Origin: a virus
IMG/VR virus record: IMGVR_UViG_3300048850_000068
Location: 32,001-96,000 of that record
Length of the DNA stretch: 64,000 nt
Reading direction: 5' to 3' (one strand)
Below, in pieces: positions 31,097 through 41,042 of this stretch (position 1 is its first letter; the number at the start of each line of letters is the position of its first letter). The notes under the pieces were generated by a model. The model did not search any database. It had not been told where the DNA came from and saw only the letters and a list, made by a program, of their open reading frames with translations. The position numbers and the translations under genes were made by a program.

Positions 31097-31437
31097 TCCT
31101 CGCCCTGCGCCTCGGCCTGGGCCACGGCTTCCTGTTCGCCGGCCTTCTGGCCGTTGGCGTTCTGGGCCGCGTCGGAGAGCTTGCGGAGCTGCTCGAGGGT
31201 GAGCGCGCCAAGATCCTCGTCCGTCATGGTCGGGAAGGCAGCCAACAGCACCTTCTTGACGTTGACGATCTCTTCGGCGACGTCGCTGGAGCGACCGACC
31301 TGCTGGATCAACTTGATATTGTGCACGAAGCTGTCGACCGTGACGGGTGCGAGTTCGTGAATCTTGCCGCCGAGCTTCACCTGGAGCAGAACGGGCGTTT
31401 CGATGGCATCGAGGTCGAGGAGCTGGATATCCGACAT
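31084..31437 (-). CDS. tail assembly chaperone G
   Basis: Lies between tail tube and tape measure genes. Confidence 0.75.
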   Translation of the reverse strand: MSDIQLLDLDAIETPVLLQVKLGGKIHELAPVTVDSFVHNIKLIQQVGRSSDVAEEIVNVKKVLLAAFPTMTDEDLGALTLEQLRKLSDAAQNANGQKAGEQEAVAQAEAQGEENPQ

Positions 31438-31457
31438 GGGGTCCCTATAGGCAAAAG

Positions 31458-31487
31458 AAAACTGACGGCCCTGGTGAGCCGTCAGTC
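31458..31487 (-). terminator. putative intrinsic terminator after tail tube gene
   Basis: CTGACGGC/GCCGTCAG stem with T-run on the minus strand. Confidence 0.55.
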
Positions 31488-31522
31488 ATTACTGACTTAT
31501 TCCTGCGAGCAGGTCAAGTCCA

Positions 31523-32056
31523 TTACGGGGTCGCGTCAGCCGCCTCGTGGCCGACGTAGAACAGACGCTCGTTCGTCGGGTCCGGATAGCCGGAGAAGGT
31601 GCAGTTGAACACGCGCTCGTCTTCGAGCTTGTAGGCGAACTGCATCGCGCCCGGGGTCATGGCGCGGGGCACCACGAAGTCCTCGGACTCGTCGCTGTCG
31701 GGCAGGCTCTTCGGGTGAAGGCGCAGCTCCTTGGCGTAGTCGAGCAGCGACAGGCCGATACCCGTCTTCACATCGACGCGGCGCACATCGACATCGCCGG
31801 AATCCGTGACGAGCGAGGCGCCCGGCATGATCAGCACGAGGTTGTCGAGGGTGGTCTCGGCCAGCGGAACCTTCACGGTCACGTTACGCGACATGATGAT
31901 CTCGTTGATGACGGTCTTACCGAACTGATCCACTTCGACCTTCTTCGTTTCGGTGGTCACTTCCACCTCAACACCGCCCTTGGTGTAACCCAGGTCCTTG
32001 GTGTCGAAAAAGATCTTGCAGACGCCCAGCTTGACGTTCTTGGTATCAGAAGCCAT
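31523..32056 (-). CDS. major tail (tube) protein
   Basis: DLGYTKGGVEV motif; position in operon. Confidence 0.8.
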   Translation of the reverse strand: MASDTKNVKLGVCKIFFDTKDLGYTKGGVEVEVTTETKKVEVDQFGKTVINEIIMSRNVTVKVPLAETTLDNLVLIMPGASLVTDSGDVDVRRVDVKTGIGLSLLDYAKELRLHPKSLPDSDESEDFVVPRAMTPGAMQFAYKLEDERVFNCTFSGYPDPTNERLFYVGHEAADATP

Positions 32057-32140
32057 GGCTTTTCATCCTTTGCAAAGGTTAGTCAAAACTGACTTGAGGA
32101 CATTGTAACTGCCTTGCAAAGTTAAGTCAAAACTGACTTA

Positions 32141-32539
32141 TCATTCCATCACATAAGCAACCGTGAAATTGATGCTCCACTCAATGCCATTGCCGTCCGA
32201 GCGCGGATACTTGATCGGCAGGGTTTCGGGCAGCATGTGATTGAGCGTGATCGTCGGCAGATAGCGGGCGGGATCGGCCGGGTAGACCTTGCGCTGGTGT
32301 GTGGTGAGCGCATCGGTGACGGCCTTGGCGAGCGCGTCGCCCCGGTCGTGCTTCTGGGCTCGCACGATCACCTGGATCGAGGTCTTATAGTAACCTGGCA
32401 GATTGTGATCGACCGGAATGCCCTGCAGCGGCGCACGCACCAGGATTGCGGTCGACTCGTCGGCCGGCATGGCGTCGATATAGGTGGTGACGCCGAGATC
32501 GAGGGCGTCGATCGCGTCGGCGATATGATTCAGGTTCAT
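32141..32539 (-). CDS. tail terminator-like protein
   Basis: IQVIVRA motif; position in operon. Confidence 0.65.
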   Translation of the reverse strand: MNLNHIADAIDALDLGVTTYIDAMPADESTAILVRAPLQGIPVDHNLPGYYKTSIQVIVRAQKHDRGDALAKAVTDALTTHQRKVYPADPARYLPTITLNHMLPETLPIKYPRSDGNGIEWSINFTVAYVME

Positions 32540-32961
32540 AGGGTGATCTTTCGAACGATGGCGCCGATCATGTCCTTGATGAGCTTCGGGGCGACGAACT
32601 CGACCGCCCGGGTGATGAACTTGCCGCCCACGTGACGTCCGGGATTGGCAGCCCGCTTGGCGAGCGTGCCGGGACCAGGCCGGTCTTCCGGATAGTGCTC
32701 GTGCATCTCGGTGCCGTAATCGACCTCGTCCATGACGATATCGATCTGAAGCCGGTTGCGCTCGCCGTAGGAGACGTCCTTGTGGATCGCCTCCTCGAGG
32801 TCGCCGGTGTCGCGCGGCGCGTTGAGCCGGGCTTCCTTGACGATCTGATCGGCGCCGCGGTGCATGGTCTTGCGCGCAGTGCTTGAGACACGCTCAGCCT
32901 CGTTGCGCAGGGCCGCATAGACCTCCTCGATGCCGGTGACGCCCATCTTCACGTCCATCAC
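32536..32961 (-). CDS. HK97 gp10-like neck protein
   Basis: APRDTGDL motif. Confidence 0.75.
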   Translation of the reverse strand: MMDVKMGVTGIEEVYAALRNEAERVSSTARKTMHRGADQIVKEARLNAPRDTGDLEEAIHKDVSYGERNRLQIDIVMDEVDYGTEMHEHYPEDRPGPGTLAKRAANPGRHVGGKFITRAVEFVAPKLIKDMIGAIVRKITL

Positions 32962-33311
32962 TCGTCCTCCTCATAGATGCCGAAGTCGCATTCGAAATGG
33001 TCGAGATCACCCGAAATGCTCAGGCGCGGCTCGCGCGCCGTCACGACCAGGTCATAGGATGCGATCTTGAAGCGGTCGCCAATGGCGATCGTAACGGTTG
33101 CCGGGAACAGGATCTTCGCGGCCGACATGGCGAACTCCTGGGCGTTGCCGCGGGATGCGGAGCTGTCGGCCCGGACCGATGTGGGCTGCTGCACGCGCGA
33201 GAGACGCACCACGCCGCACTCGACGGGCTTGCCCTCGGCAAAGACAGCCTCGCCGTGACGATTACGGCCGGTCTTGGCAAACAGGATGCCATAGGTGTTG
33301 GGCAGAAACAT
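32958..33311 (-). CDS. head closure/head-tail adaptor
   Basis: MFLPN start overlaps the upstream stop; position in operon. Confidence 0.6.
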   Translation of the reverse strand: MFLPNTYGILFAKTGRNRHGEAVFAEGKPVECGVVRLSRVQQPTSVRADSSASRGNAQEFAMSAAKILFPATVTIAIGDRFKIASYDLVVTAREPRLSISGDLDHFECDFGIYEEDE

Positions 33312-34072
33312 CAGGCAGCCTTTCTCAAGATAGCGTCGGCGTTGGGGTGAAAGATCTCGGCGCGGATCTCGGCGTAGGTCGGCAGGGTCCCGTTCGCCGA
33401 CATGGCGATCTTGAGCCCGTGCACGTCCGACTTCGGATTGTCGTGCACCACTTCCGCGTGCTCGAGCCCGTGATCGGACAGGGTCAGCAGCACAACCTCG
33501 TTGTAGGTGGACAAGAGCGAGTGGCGCCACACCGAGCGGACGAACTTGCGGGTGGGCCACTTCTGATTGCCGCGGTCGTGGAAGTAGAAGTGAAGCTCCT
33601 GAGCGTTGCCGATGCGATACTGCATCAGGGCGGTGCGCTCGGTGATACGCTGGGCCCGGGCCGAGAGCTTCACCTGCAGCACCGCGCGCCGCAACGAATC
33701 CTTCAAGAAACGAATGTCGCGCTCGATGACAGTCGAAAGCTCGCCCCGGAGATAGCTCTCAGCTTCATAGAGATGATCGCTGACAGCTTCCGTGAACTCG
33801 TCTGCAACTGGGGCAGCGATTTCGTTTGCTGTCGCTGTGTGAGCTTCTGCTGCGATGTCGTCGAGGGCGCTCTCCATATAGGCGTCCTCAGCGGCCATGA
33901 AGCGGATCCCCATCTCGAGGGCTTCGTTCGTGACCTTCGTGAACATGCGCGGAGAGCCAAAATCGGCCTGGTCGAGGGCGCGCTGATAGAGCGAGCGCCA
34001 GCCCTCGACGAGATTGCCGTAGCGAACCGCCGCGGCGTCGGCCTCAGCGGTGATGCGATGCGTGATCTTCAT
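33311..34072 (-). CDS. hypothetical head morphogenesis protein
   Basis: 253 aa ending FHPN; coupled in operon. Confidence 0.6.
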   Translation of the reverse strand: MKITHRITAEADAAAVRYGNLVEGWRSLYQRALDQADFGSPRMFTKVTNEALEMGIRFMAAEDAYMESALDDIAAEAHTATANEIAAPVADEFTEAVSDHLYEAESYLRGELSTVIERDIRFLKDSLRRAVLQVKLSARAQRITERTALMQYRIGNAQELHFYFHDRGNQKWPTRKFVRSVWRHSLLSTYNEVVLLTLSDHGLEHAEVVHDNPKSDVHGLKIAMSANGTLPTYAEIRAEIFHPNADAILRKAA

Positions 34073-34878
34073 GAGCGGGTCAGGGTCATACGGATGTTGA
34101 TGTAGCCGGTGAGCGCCTCGAGGGCGGGAGCGGAGATGCCGAGCTGCAGGGGCTTGCCCGGGCGGAACATCATCGAGGATTCGCCGATGCTCTCGGACAT
34201 GAGCCCGGAGCGGCGCTTCTCGCCGATCTTGTCGCCGCGCAGGATCTCGTTCGCCTCGAGCACCTGGGCCCGCTTCAGGGCGCGCTTGAAATGATCCGGC
34301 AGGTTTTGCCAGCGGGTGAGCTGCAACACGGGCCAGGAGCGCGGCTCGATGATATCCTCGAGGTCGTTGAGCTCACCGACGGTGTTCTGAAAATCGATAT
34401 CCTGCGGCCGGCGCACGCGGTAGCCGACACGGGTCAGGCGCTCATACGCCTCGACCAGAGCTGCCTGGCGCGTGGCGTCGTCGGCGCCGTCCCAGCCGAA
34501 CATGCGCGTCATCTCGGATGCGAGCAGTTGCGCGCCGGCATAGGTCTGGAACGAATTCTTGAGCAGCACCAGGGGAACGTTCGCCCGGAGCTTGTAGAGC
34601 AGATCGATGCGGAACGAGCCGCCCTCGACGTCGATCTGAAGCACCACGGTCCGGATGCCGGCCGGGGCGCCTTCGACAACCGTATTGAGATCGCCCGGGA
34701 CGGTGATCTCGGCATCGGTCATGCCCTCAGTAACGTCGAGGGCGGTCTCTTCAACCACCTCTTCGTCGTTCTCGTTATAGACAACGTAGGAAAGCCCCGT
34801 CGGCGTGACGGGGTCGCCATTGAAATCGACCAGGGGGATCGTGACAGTGACGGCAACGCCGACGGGGTAGGTCTTCAT
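34069..34878 (-). CDS. head-tail connector-like protein
   Basis: SESIGESS-type C-terminal motif; position in operon. Confidence 0.6.
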   Translation of the reverse strand: MKTYPVGVAVTVTIPLVDFNGDPVTPTGLSYVVYNENDEEVVEETALDVTEGMTDAEITVPGDLNTVVEGAPAGIRTVVLQIDVEGGSFRIDLLYKLRANVPLVLLKNSFQTYAGAQLLASEMTRMFGWDGADDATRQAALVEAYERLTRVGYRVRRPQDIDFQNTVGELNDLEDIIEPRSWPVLQLTRWQNLPDHFKRALKRAQVLEANEILRGDKIGEKRRSGLMSESIGESSMMFRPGKPLQLGISAPALEALTGYINIRMTLTRS

Positions 34879-35658
34879 TTATGCCTCGGTGCTCTTGATG
34901 GTGTCGCCTTCGCCGGAGAACTCAGGATTGCCCTTGCTCTCGTCGGCCTGCGGCTTCTCCGTGGAAGCCTCGTCGGCTGCGCTGTCGGCATCATCCTCGA
35001 AACCGACCTCGTCTTCCGAAGCGTCGTCGCCGGCATTGTCCGCGGCTGCTGGAGCCGGCTCTTCCTCGGATTCGTCTTCGGCGGAGAGGTCGCGACCGTT
35101 GGCCGAGACCTCAGCCTCGTGGTCTTCGGCAGCCTTGCGCGCCTTCTCGGCGTCGGCTTCCTTCTGGGCAGCCTCGGCAGCTTCCGCGGCCGCAACCGTC
35201 TTGCTGAACTCGCCCTGCGCGGCCAGGATGTCGCGGATCAGCTCGGGGATTGAGCGGCCCTTGACGTTCCAGCTCTTGCCGATCGGACGCAGCGCCTTGA
35301 TGCCGTCCTTGTCGGCGATCGCCTCGAGTTCCTTCTGGGTGTAGAGACGCTCGACCGGCGGACGCTTGGCCTTCTCGGCTTCACGCTTGGCTTCAGCGGC
35401 GAGCTCTTCGTCCGAGGCGCGTTCGAGTTCGACGAGGGCCACGGCCGAAATCGTCGCGCCACCAATGAGGCGGGCAGCCGGATTGGCCTGGGTCTCGCTG
35501 CCGTCGTCTTCGAGTTCGACGCATTCGATATTGGCCGAGACCTGGTCGGCGAGGCGCTGCGGCACGGGGTCGGTGGACACACCGTCCACGAATTCGACCA
35601 GCCCGATCTGGCCGGTATAGCCCGCCCATCCGGCGGCTACGATCTTGAGGTGCTTCAT
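34879..35658 (-). CDS. putative virion protein with acidic tail
   Basis: N-terminus GW.GYTG....EFVDGVST; long D/E-rich C-terminus. Confidence 0.65.
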   Translation of the reverse strand: MKHLKIVAAGWAGYTGQIGLVEFVDGVSTDPVPQRLADQVSANIECVELEDDGSETQANPAARLIGGATISAVALVELERASDEELAAEAKREAEKAKRPPVERLYTQKELEAIADKDGIKALRPIGKSWNVKGRSIPELIRDILAAQGEFSKTVAAAEAAEAAQKEADAEKARKAAEDHEAEVSANGRDLSAEDESEEEPAPAAADNAGDDASEDEVGFEDDADSAADEASTEKPQADESKGNPEFSGEGDTIKSTEA

Positions 35659-35680
35659 GGGATCCTGCAGGGTTGAAACG

Positions 35681-35708
35681 GAAAAGGCGGGCCTGAACCC
35701 GCCTTTCC
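35681..35708 (-). terminator. putative intrinsic terminator
   Basis: AAAGGCGGG/CCCGCCTTT stem. Confidence 0.6.
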
Positions 35709-35739
35709 ATAGTAAGTCAGAATTGACTTACGTTCAAGG

Positions 35740-37263
35740 TTACACAATCAGGCCCAAACTGATCAGGTGAGCGATATCGGCATAGCCGAGACCGTTCGGG
35801 TGAAGCTGATCGAAATAGAACCCGAGCGCGTTTGCGTCCTCGTGGGAGCCGAAGCGCTGGGTGATATCGATCACCGGCACGTTGTTGGCGAGCGCAATCT
35901 CGTAGATCGCCAGGAGATAGGCTGCCTGGTTCTCCGGGAGAGCTGCGCCGATCTCGCTGGGCGGAGGGCCGAGCAGGATCACGTCGCCGGTTGCCTTGGC
36001 CCGCAGAAGGGTGTTGGCAAGCTGGGTCTTGAAGGTCGGCACATCGACCGGCGGGGCTGCGCGCCAGTTGTTGATGCCCAAGTTGAGGATCGTGAGATCC
36101 GGAGCGATGACGCCGATGGCGTTGCCCGGCGACCAGGGCGACGTAACCGAATCCCAGGAGCTCGTGGCCGCGCCGGACCAGCCGGCATTGATCACGCTCA
36201 CCGCGGGCGCGGTCGAGTCGAAGGTGTTGATATGAGCGATATGCACGCCAGCGCCGGTGCCGTTGCGGGCGATGTTGATCGTATGCGTGCCCTTGGGAAC
36301 GGTGACCGTTGCCTTCATGAGCGCCTGAGCGCCAGCCGCATTGATCGTCGCCGCTGCCGCGCCGCCGTCGACACCTACCGTGAACGTGCCGTAGCCGGCG
36401 TTCTGCAGGTAATAGACCTCGATCGTGTCGAAGGCCCGGGCCGGGGTGAAGTTGAGCGGGTTGACCGACGTGGTGTTGAGCCAGGTGCGGGTGGCAAGCG
36501 ACGTCACGGTGGACTGAGCCCAGCCGGCGCCGAGCGTCAGGCGCGGGTCGTAGGCGACGAAGTCAGCATCGGTGAGCGCGCCGTTGCCGCAGATCGAACC
36601 GGCATGAGCCGGGATACCCGCGGCATTCAGGATCTCGGCGAGCTTCACCGGCCAGCTCTTCGTGCGGGCGCCGATCGTGCCCTGAGCCCCGGTGCCGGCA
36701 CCCATGCCGAAGGTGGTGGAATCGCCGACGCACAGGATCTTGGCCTGGCCGGCTCCGGCACGCACGCGAGCGAGCGCCTTACGCCAGGTCTTCAGGTTGG
36801 CGCCCGGGCCGGACGACTTGAGATTGAACAGACCGGGATGCTGCACGGCGCTCAAGGTGGCGCCGATCGAACGTCCGGCCGGAATTCCACCGAGCGTGAC
36901 GGCAATCTGCGACACCTGGGCGGCGAGCGCCTGGCGCGTGCGCAGCGGGGTCATGATCTCGTCGTCATTGACGCCGCTCTCGGCATCGGTCTGGTCGGCA
37001 AACTCCGGAACCTCGACAATGGTCGCGGTGGACGGAACCGAGCCCTTGGAGCCGGTGGGGATCTGACCGATCGAGGTCACGTTCTCGGCCGGGCCATAGG
37101 CCACACCCGGAAAGGCATTGTCCTCGACCTTGAAGCTCATGGCGAGCTGGCCGGCGCGGATCGCATCAACGTTCGTGGTCGAGACGCCGTTGACGAATTC
37201 GATAGTATGCAGGGAGCCGGTGAACGTCTCCCAGCCAGGCTGCTTAAGCCGCAGAACGGGCAT
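35740..37263 (-). CDS. SGNH/GDSL hydrolase-domain virion-associated protein
   Basis: VGDSTT, NAGWSG, LGINN, DQLHPN catalytic blocks. Confidence 0.8.
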   Translation of the reverse strand: MPVLRLKQPGWETFTGSLHTIEFVNGVSTTNVDAIRAGQLAMSFKVEDNAFPGVAYGPAENVTSIGQIPTGSKGSVPSTATIVEVPEFADQTDAESGVNDDEIMTPLRTRQALAAQVSQIAVTLGGIPAGRSIGATLSAVQHPGLFNLKSSGPGANLKTWRKALARVRAGAGQAKILCVGDSTTFGMGAGTGAQGTIGARTKSWPVKLAEILNAAGIPAHAGSICGNGALTDADFVAYDPRLTLGAGWAQSTVTSLATRTWLNTTSVNPLNFTPARAFDTIEVYYLQNAGYGTFTVGVDGGAAAATINAAGAQALMKATVTVPKGTHTINIARNGTGAGVHIAHINTFDSTAPAVSVINAGWSGAATSSWDSVTSPWSPGNAIGVIAPDLTILNLGINNWRAAPPVDVPTFKTQLANTLLRAKATGDVILLGPPPSEIGAALPENQAAYLLAIYEIALANNVPVIDITQRFGSHEDANALGFYFDQLHPNGLGYADIAHLISLGLIV

Positions 37264-37283
37264 CGGATATCCTCCTAATACAG

Positions 37284-37310
37284 AAACGGGGCACCCGAAG
37301 GCGCCCCGTA
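37284..37310 (-). terminator. terminator after major capsid gene
   Basis: ACGGGGCGCC-TTCG-GGTGCCCCGT followed by T residues on the minus strand. Confidence 0.7.
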
Positions 37311-37341
37311 ATGATAAGTCAGTTCTGACTTATAGACCAGA

Positions 37342-38244
37342 TTAAACGTTGGTGATGCCCTTGAGGCGTGCAACGGAGTGGGTAGCCTTGAGAGCCGTGC
37401 CCACATACCACTTCACGCGCCAGCGGACAGCGTCCTTGTTCTGGATCGTGCCGATGTCCTCGACCACGATGCCGGCGTTGCCGCCGCCGTAGATCGCATG
37501 GAAGCCGTCGGTCTCGTTCAGACGCAGAGCGTAGATCGAGGTCGTGGCCGTGCCCGAGCCCTGGACTTCGTCAGCGGGGATGAAGTCGTTGATGATGACC
37601 GGGGTGCCATCATAGGCCTTGATCGGGTGAGCGAAGTTCGGGACCATGATGGTCTGAGCATCGTTGCCGCCCATTGCGCGCAGGAGAGCGCGAATGGCGC
37701 GCCAGGTGCCGGAGCGCATCATGAGAACGTCGGTGCCGTTCTTCACAGCGTCCTTCAGCTCATCGAGCATGTTGGCCGTGACAGCAGCGCCGTTTGCACC
37801 GGCCACGAGGACCTGAGCAGCCGGAACGTGCTTGCGGATACCGTCGAACTCCTTCGCGTTCACGCCGGAATCGCCCTGGACGAGCGTGCGACGGAACTTG
37901 CGGCCGAGCGCCTTTGCCTTCGAAGCAAGCTGGATAGCAAGCTGCGGGTTGGCATCGGACTGCGTGGCGAGCAGGAACTTATCGAGGTCCACGTCACCAG
38001 CCATGATGCGCAGCTTTGCGACGACTTCCTCGAAGGTCGCGGCGCCTTCCGGCACAACCTCGTAAGGATCGAGGAACGCGCCCTCGGAGATCGTCTTCTC
38101 GCGGTTATACATGTAGGCCTTGCCGTTCACACCAAGGAACGGGACCAGGGCGAAGAGTTCATCGCGATCGATGATCTCCTCGATAACACCGCGCTCCATC
38201 TGTCCTTCGGACAGCTTCGCGGCTTCTTCTACCAGCAACGGCAT
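37342..38244 (-). CDS. major capsid protein
   Basis: 300 aa between scaffold gene and terminator; EFDGI, RWRVKWYVG. Confidence 0.85.
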   Translation of the reverse strand: MPLLVEEAAKLSEGQMERGVIEEIIDRDELFALVPFLGVNGKAYMYNREKTISEGAFLDPYEVVPEGAATFEEVVAKLRIMAGDVDLDKFLLATQSDANPQLAIQLASKAKALGRKFRRTLVQGDSGVNAKEFDGIRKHVPAAQVLVAGANGAAVTANMLDELKDAVKNGTDVLMMRSGTWRAIRALLRAMGGNDAQTIMVPNFAHPIKAYDGTPVIINDFIPADEVQGSGTATTSIYALRLNETDGFHAIYGGGNAGIVVEDIGTIQNKDAVRWRVKWYVGTALKATHSVARLKGITNV

Positions 38245-38416
38245 TGTTCACTCCTTCGGGATCGATCGCCGAGATGAATTCAGGTCAGCCCTGATAAGTC
38301 AGTTCTGACTTAATATGCCTATTATAGATATAGCATTGCGTCCCTTACAAGAGGAAAAGAGTAAGTCATCGCTGACTTACTCTTTCTTTTTTGCCAAATT
38401 GTGCGAAAACGGTCGG

Positions 38417-39328
38417 TTACGACTTGTTCGCCAGGCTCGCGGCGATGCGCGCGGCGCCGAACAGGGCCGGCTTCTTGTCCGTATTCGGCAGGTCCGTGGT
38501 CTTGGACTGGGCGCCGTTCTTCATCGTGGACTTGATCAGACGCTCGTGATCCGGATTGGCCTCGACCAGCTTCTTGATCGCCGCATCGAAGTTCATCGGA
38601 TTGCCGGAGCCGTCGATCAGCTTCGTGCGCTCGGAAGCGCCCTTCGGCTTGTCGTAGGCCACAGGCACGCCGTTCTCGGTCTCGAAGTGATCCCCGAACA
38701 GCTTGCGGGCAGCCGACGGCGGCACCACGAGTTCATCGGCGACGAACTTGGACTGGGAGAAGGCCGAGCCGACGGTGAGATCCTGGATCTGGGCAAGCGC
38801 CAGGTCGAGCGCCGTCTTGGTCGTGACGCTCTCGTTACGAACCGCCTCGATCTCCTTCTGATGCTCTTCCTTCATCATCTCGAGGAGACGCTTGGTGTTG
38901 CCCTCGGCTTCCGCCTTGGCCTTCTCAGCCGCGCGGGCTTCCTCGGCAGCCTTTTCGGCCGCAGCCTTCAGGGTCTTGTATTCCTCGGGGTCGATGCCGT
39001 CGAACTTCTTCAGCTCGTCCTGAGCCTTCCGGAGAGCTTCCTTCTTCTCCATGTTCTCCTTGAGGAGCTTGGCATCGGCATCGGACATGCCGGACTTTTC
39101 CTTCTCGGCAGCCAGGCGATCGGCTTCAGCCTTGTCAGCCGCGGCCTTATCGGCGGCAGCCTTCTTGGCCGCTTCATCGTCACCGCCGTCGTTGCCCTGA
39201 TCGTTCGGAGCCTCATGAAGGATGCGCGGTCCAACCGGGCTGGCGAAGATATTGTGGCGAACAGCAATGCCGTGGGATGCGGCGAGCTTCTGCGAATAGA
39301 TAGTCATCGTCTTGTCTCCTTCGGCCAT
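38417..39328 (-). CDS. capsid scaffolding protein
   Basis: Charged coiled coil upstream of the capsid gene; start uncertain. Confidence 0.7.
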   Translation of the reverse strand: MAEGDKTMTIYSQKLAASHGIAVRHNIFASPVGPRILHEAPNDQGNDGGDDEAAKKAAADKAAADKAEADRLAAEKEKSGMSDADAKLLKENMEKKEALRKAQDELKKFDGIDPEEYKTLKAAAEKAAEEARAAEKAKAEAEGNTKRLLEMMKEEHQKEIEAVRNESVTTKTALDLALAQIQDLTVGSAFSQSKFVADELVVPPSAARKLFGDHFETENGVPVAYDKPKGASERTKLIDGSGNPMNFDAAIKKLVEANPDHERLIKSTMKNGAQSKTTDLPNTDKKPALFGAARIAASLANKS

Positions 39329-39396
39329 TCTCTCGGCCTACGGGGTTGAAAGGGGCGCCGATCACTTGGCGCCCTGTGGTGAGCCAGGATGGCTCG

Positions 39397-40986
39397 TTAC
39401 TTCGTCTCCGACGTCACCTGACCCTGGCGCTTTTGCGTGCTCGCATTCTTGCGGGCGGGCGTCCGGGCGGTGGAGCCTGAGCCGAAACTCGTGGGTGCGT
39501 GCTTGGCGGCGACGGCTGCGAGCTCGTCGGCGCGCTCGACCGGATCAACCGGCCAGTTCTTGAGCTCCGCGTTCATCGTCTTGCGCAGGTCTTCGGCAAG
39601 CCGCGGGAACAGCTTGTCGATGACCTGGTTCATCTGCTCGCGGCGCACAGAGGCCGGAGCCTCGATCAGACCGAGCTTTTCAGCGATGGTGAATTCGTCG
39701 AACAGGTTGCGCACGTCGAAGGTGTCCGGATACTTCACCAGCTCCTTCTTGGGCGCCGCCTTGGAGTGCCAGAGCATCACCAGCTCGCAGAGCTCGTTCT
39801 CGGCATTCTCCAGCGAGCCGGCCTTGGCCGTCAGGAGCGAGTTGACCCGTTCGAAGTCATACGCCTTCGCCACACCGCTGCTATTATCAATACCAACAGC
39901 ATTGTCTTCCTTCGTGCGTTCGCCAGCCATGCCGATCGTGTGATAGATCTCACCGATCAGCTTGTTGATGATCTGCATGATCACGCCGGCCTGCTTCGGG
40001 TCGGGCGAAATGTATTCGGGCTTGGCGGAGCCTTCGCCGTCGTAGACGAAGATCCGCTTGGTGCCGGCTTCGACCAGGGCGTTATACTTGTCGTCGCCCG
40101 GCAGGATGCTCTGAGCGGGCATCGCGAGCTGCGAGAAGGTCTGGTCCTGGATGATCGCATCGACGTTGGAGAGATAGTTCGCCACGGCCTTGTCGAGATA
40201 GGCGATGTCGTTGATGAGCGCCGGCGTCGCATAGGGATCGTCGCCAATCACGTGCGGCAGCGGGAAGCCCGGCACGCGGCCGAGACCATGCCAGCCGGAG
40301 CCGACGATCTTAACCTCGGTGGTCTTGCCCCAGCCGTATTGCTTCTCCTCGACCTCGAACAGGGTCCAGGACTGGCGCTCCCACAGCCGGAAGCGCTCGC
40401 GCACCTCACCAGACGAGAAGATCGGGTCGCTGTCGTCGCGGTAGGTTTCGCGCACCAGCACCCAGGAATACGAGCCCCGGTCATCGACGCCGATATCGAG
40501 CACGTCCTGCGGGCGCACCACGTAAGCATAAACCCGGGCCTGGGCCTTCTTCTGATCGGCAACCGACAGGATCTCTTCGGTCTTGGTGGTGTCGGTGAAG
40601 ATCCAGGGCATGCCCAGCGTCGAGGACTTGGTCGACGCCATGTTCATGAACTGGTTGATGTCGTGACCCTTCAGCGTCGCGCTCGCCCAGAAGTCCTTGA
40701 TCTCCTGGGGCGCGTCAGCCTCGTTGCGGGTGCAGGGCGACTTGAAGATATACTTGTTGACGAGATCGACCGCTTCCTTGGTGTGATTGAAGCGGTAGGC
40801 GCGGGTCAGACGCTCCTTGAATTCCTTCTCGCCTTCCTTCACGTAGCGGAAGATATTGGACTTGAACCATTCGCGGCCGCCCTTGTAGGTCGCCTCGAGG
40901 AAGTTCCAATGCGGCAGCAGCTCCTCATAGCGCGGATGGCGACGCTTGAGGAACTCCTGCAATGTCTTTTGGTAGCTGTCCGCCAT
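39397..40986 (-). CDS. portal protein
   Basis: 529 aa after terminase; SSGVAKAYDF motif. Confidence 0.85.
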   Translation of the reverse strand: MADSYQKTLQEFLKRRHPRYEELLPHWNFLEATYKGGREWFKSNIFRYVKEGEKEFKERLTRAYRFNHTKEAVDLVNKYIFKSPCTRNEADAPQEIKDFWASATLKGHDINQFMNMASTKSSTLGMPWIFTDTTKTEEILSVADQKKAQARVYAYVVRPQDVLDIGVDDRGSYSWVLVRETYRDDSDPIFSSGEVRERFRLWERQSWTLFEVEEKQYGWGKTTEVKIVGSGWHGLGRVPGFPLPHVIGDDPYATPALINDIAYLDKAVANYLSNVDAIIQDQTFSQLAMPAQSILPGDDKYNALVEAGTKRIFVYDGEGSAKPEYISPDPKQAGVIMQIINKLIGEIYHTIGMAGERTKEDNAVGIDNSSGVAKAYDFERVNSLLTAKAGSLENAENELCELVMLWHSKAAPKKELVKYPDTFDVRNLFDEFTIAEKLGLIEAPASVRREQMNQVIDKLFPRLAEDLRKTMNAELKNWPVDPVERADELAAVAAKHAPTSFGSGSTARTPARKNASTQKRQGQVTSETK

Positions 40987-41042
40987 GATGAAACCCGTGA
41001 ATCGAAACTCTATAATAAGTCAGTGCTGACTTATGTTCAAGG

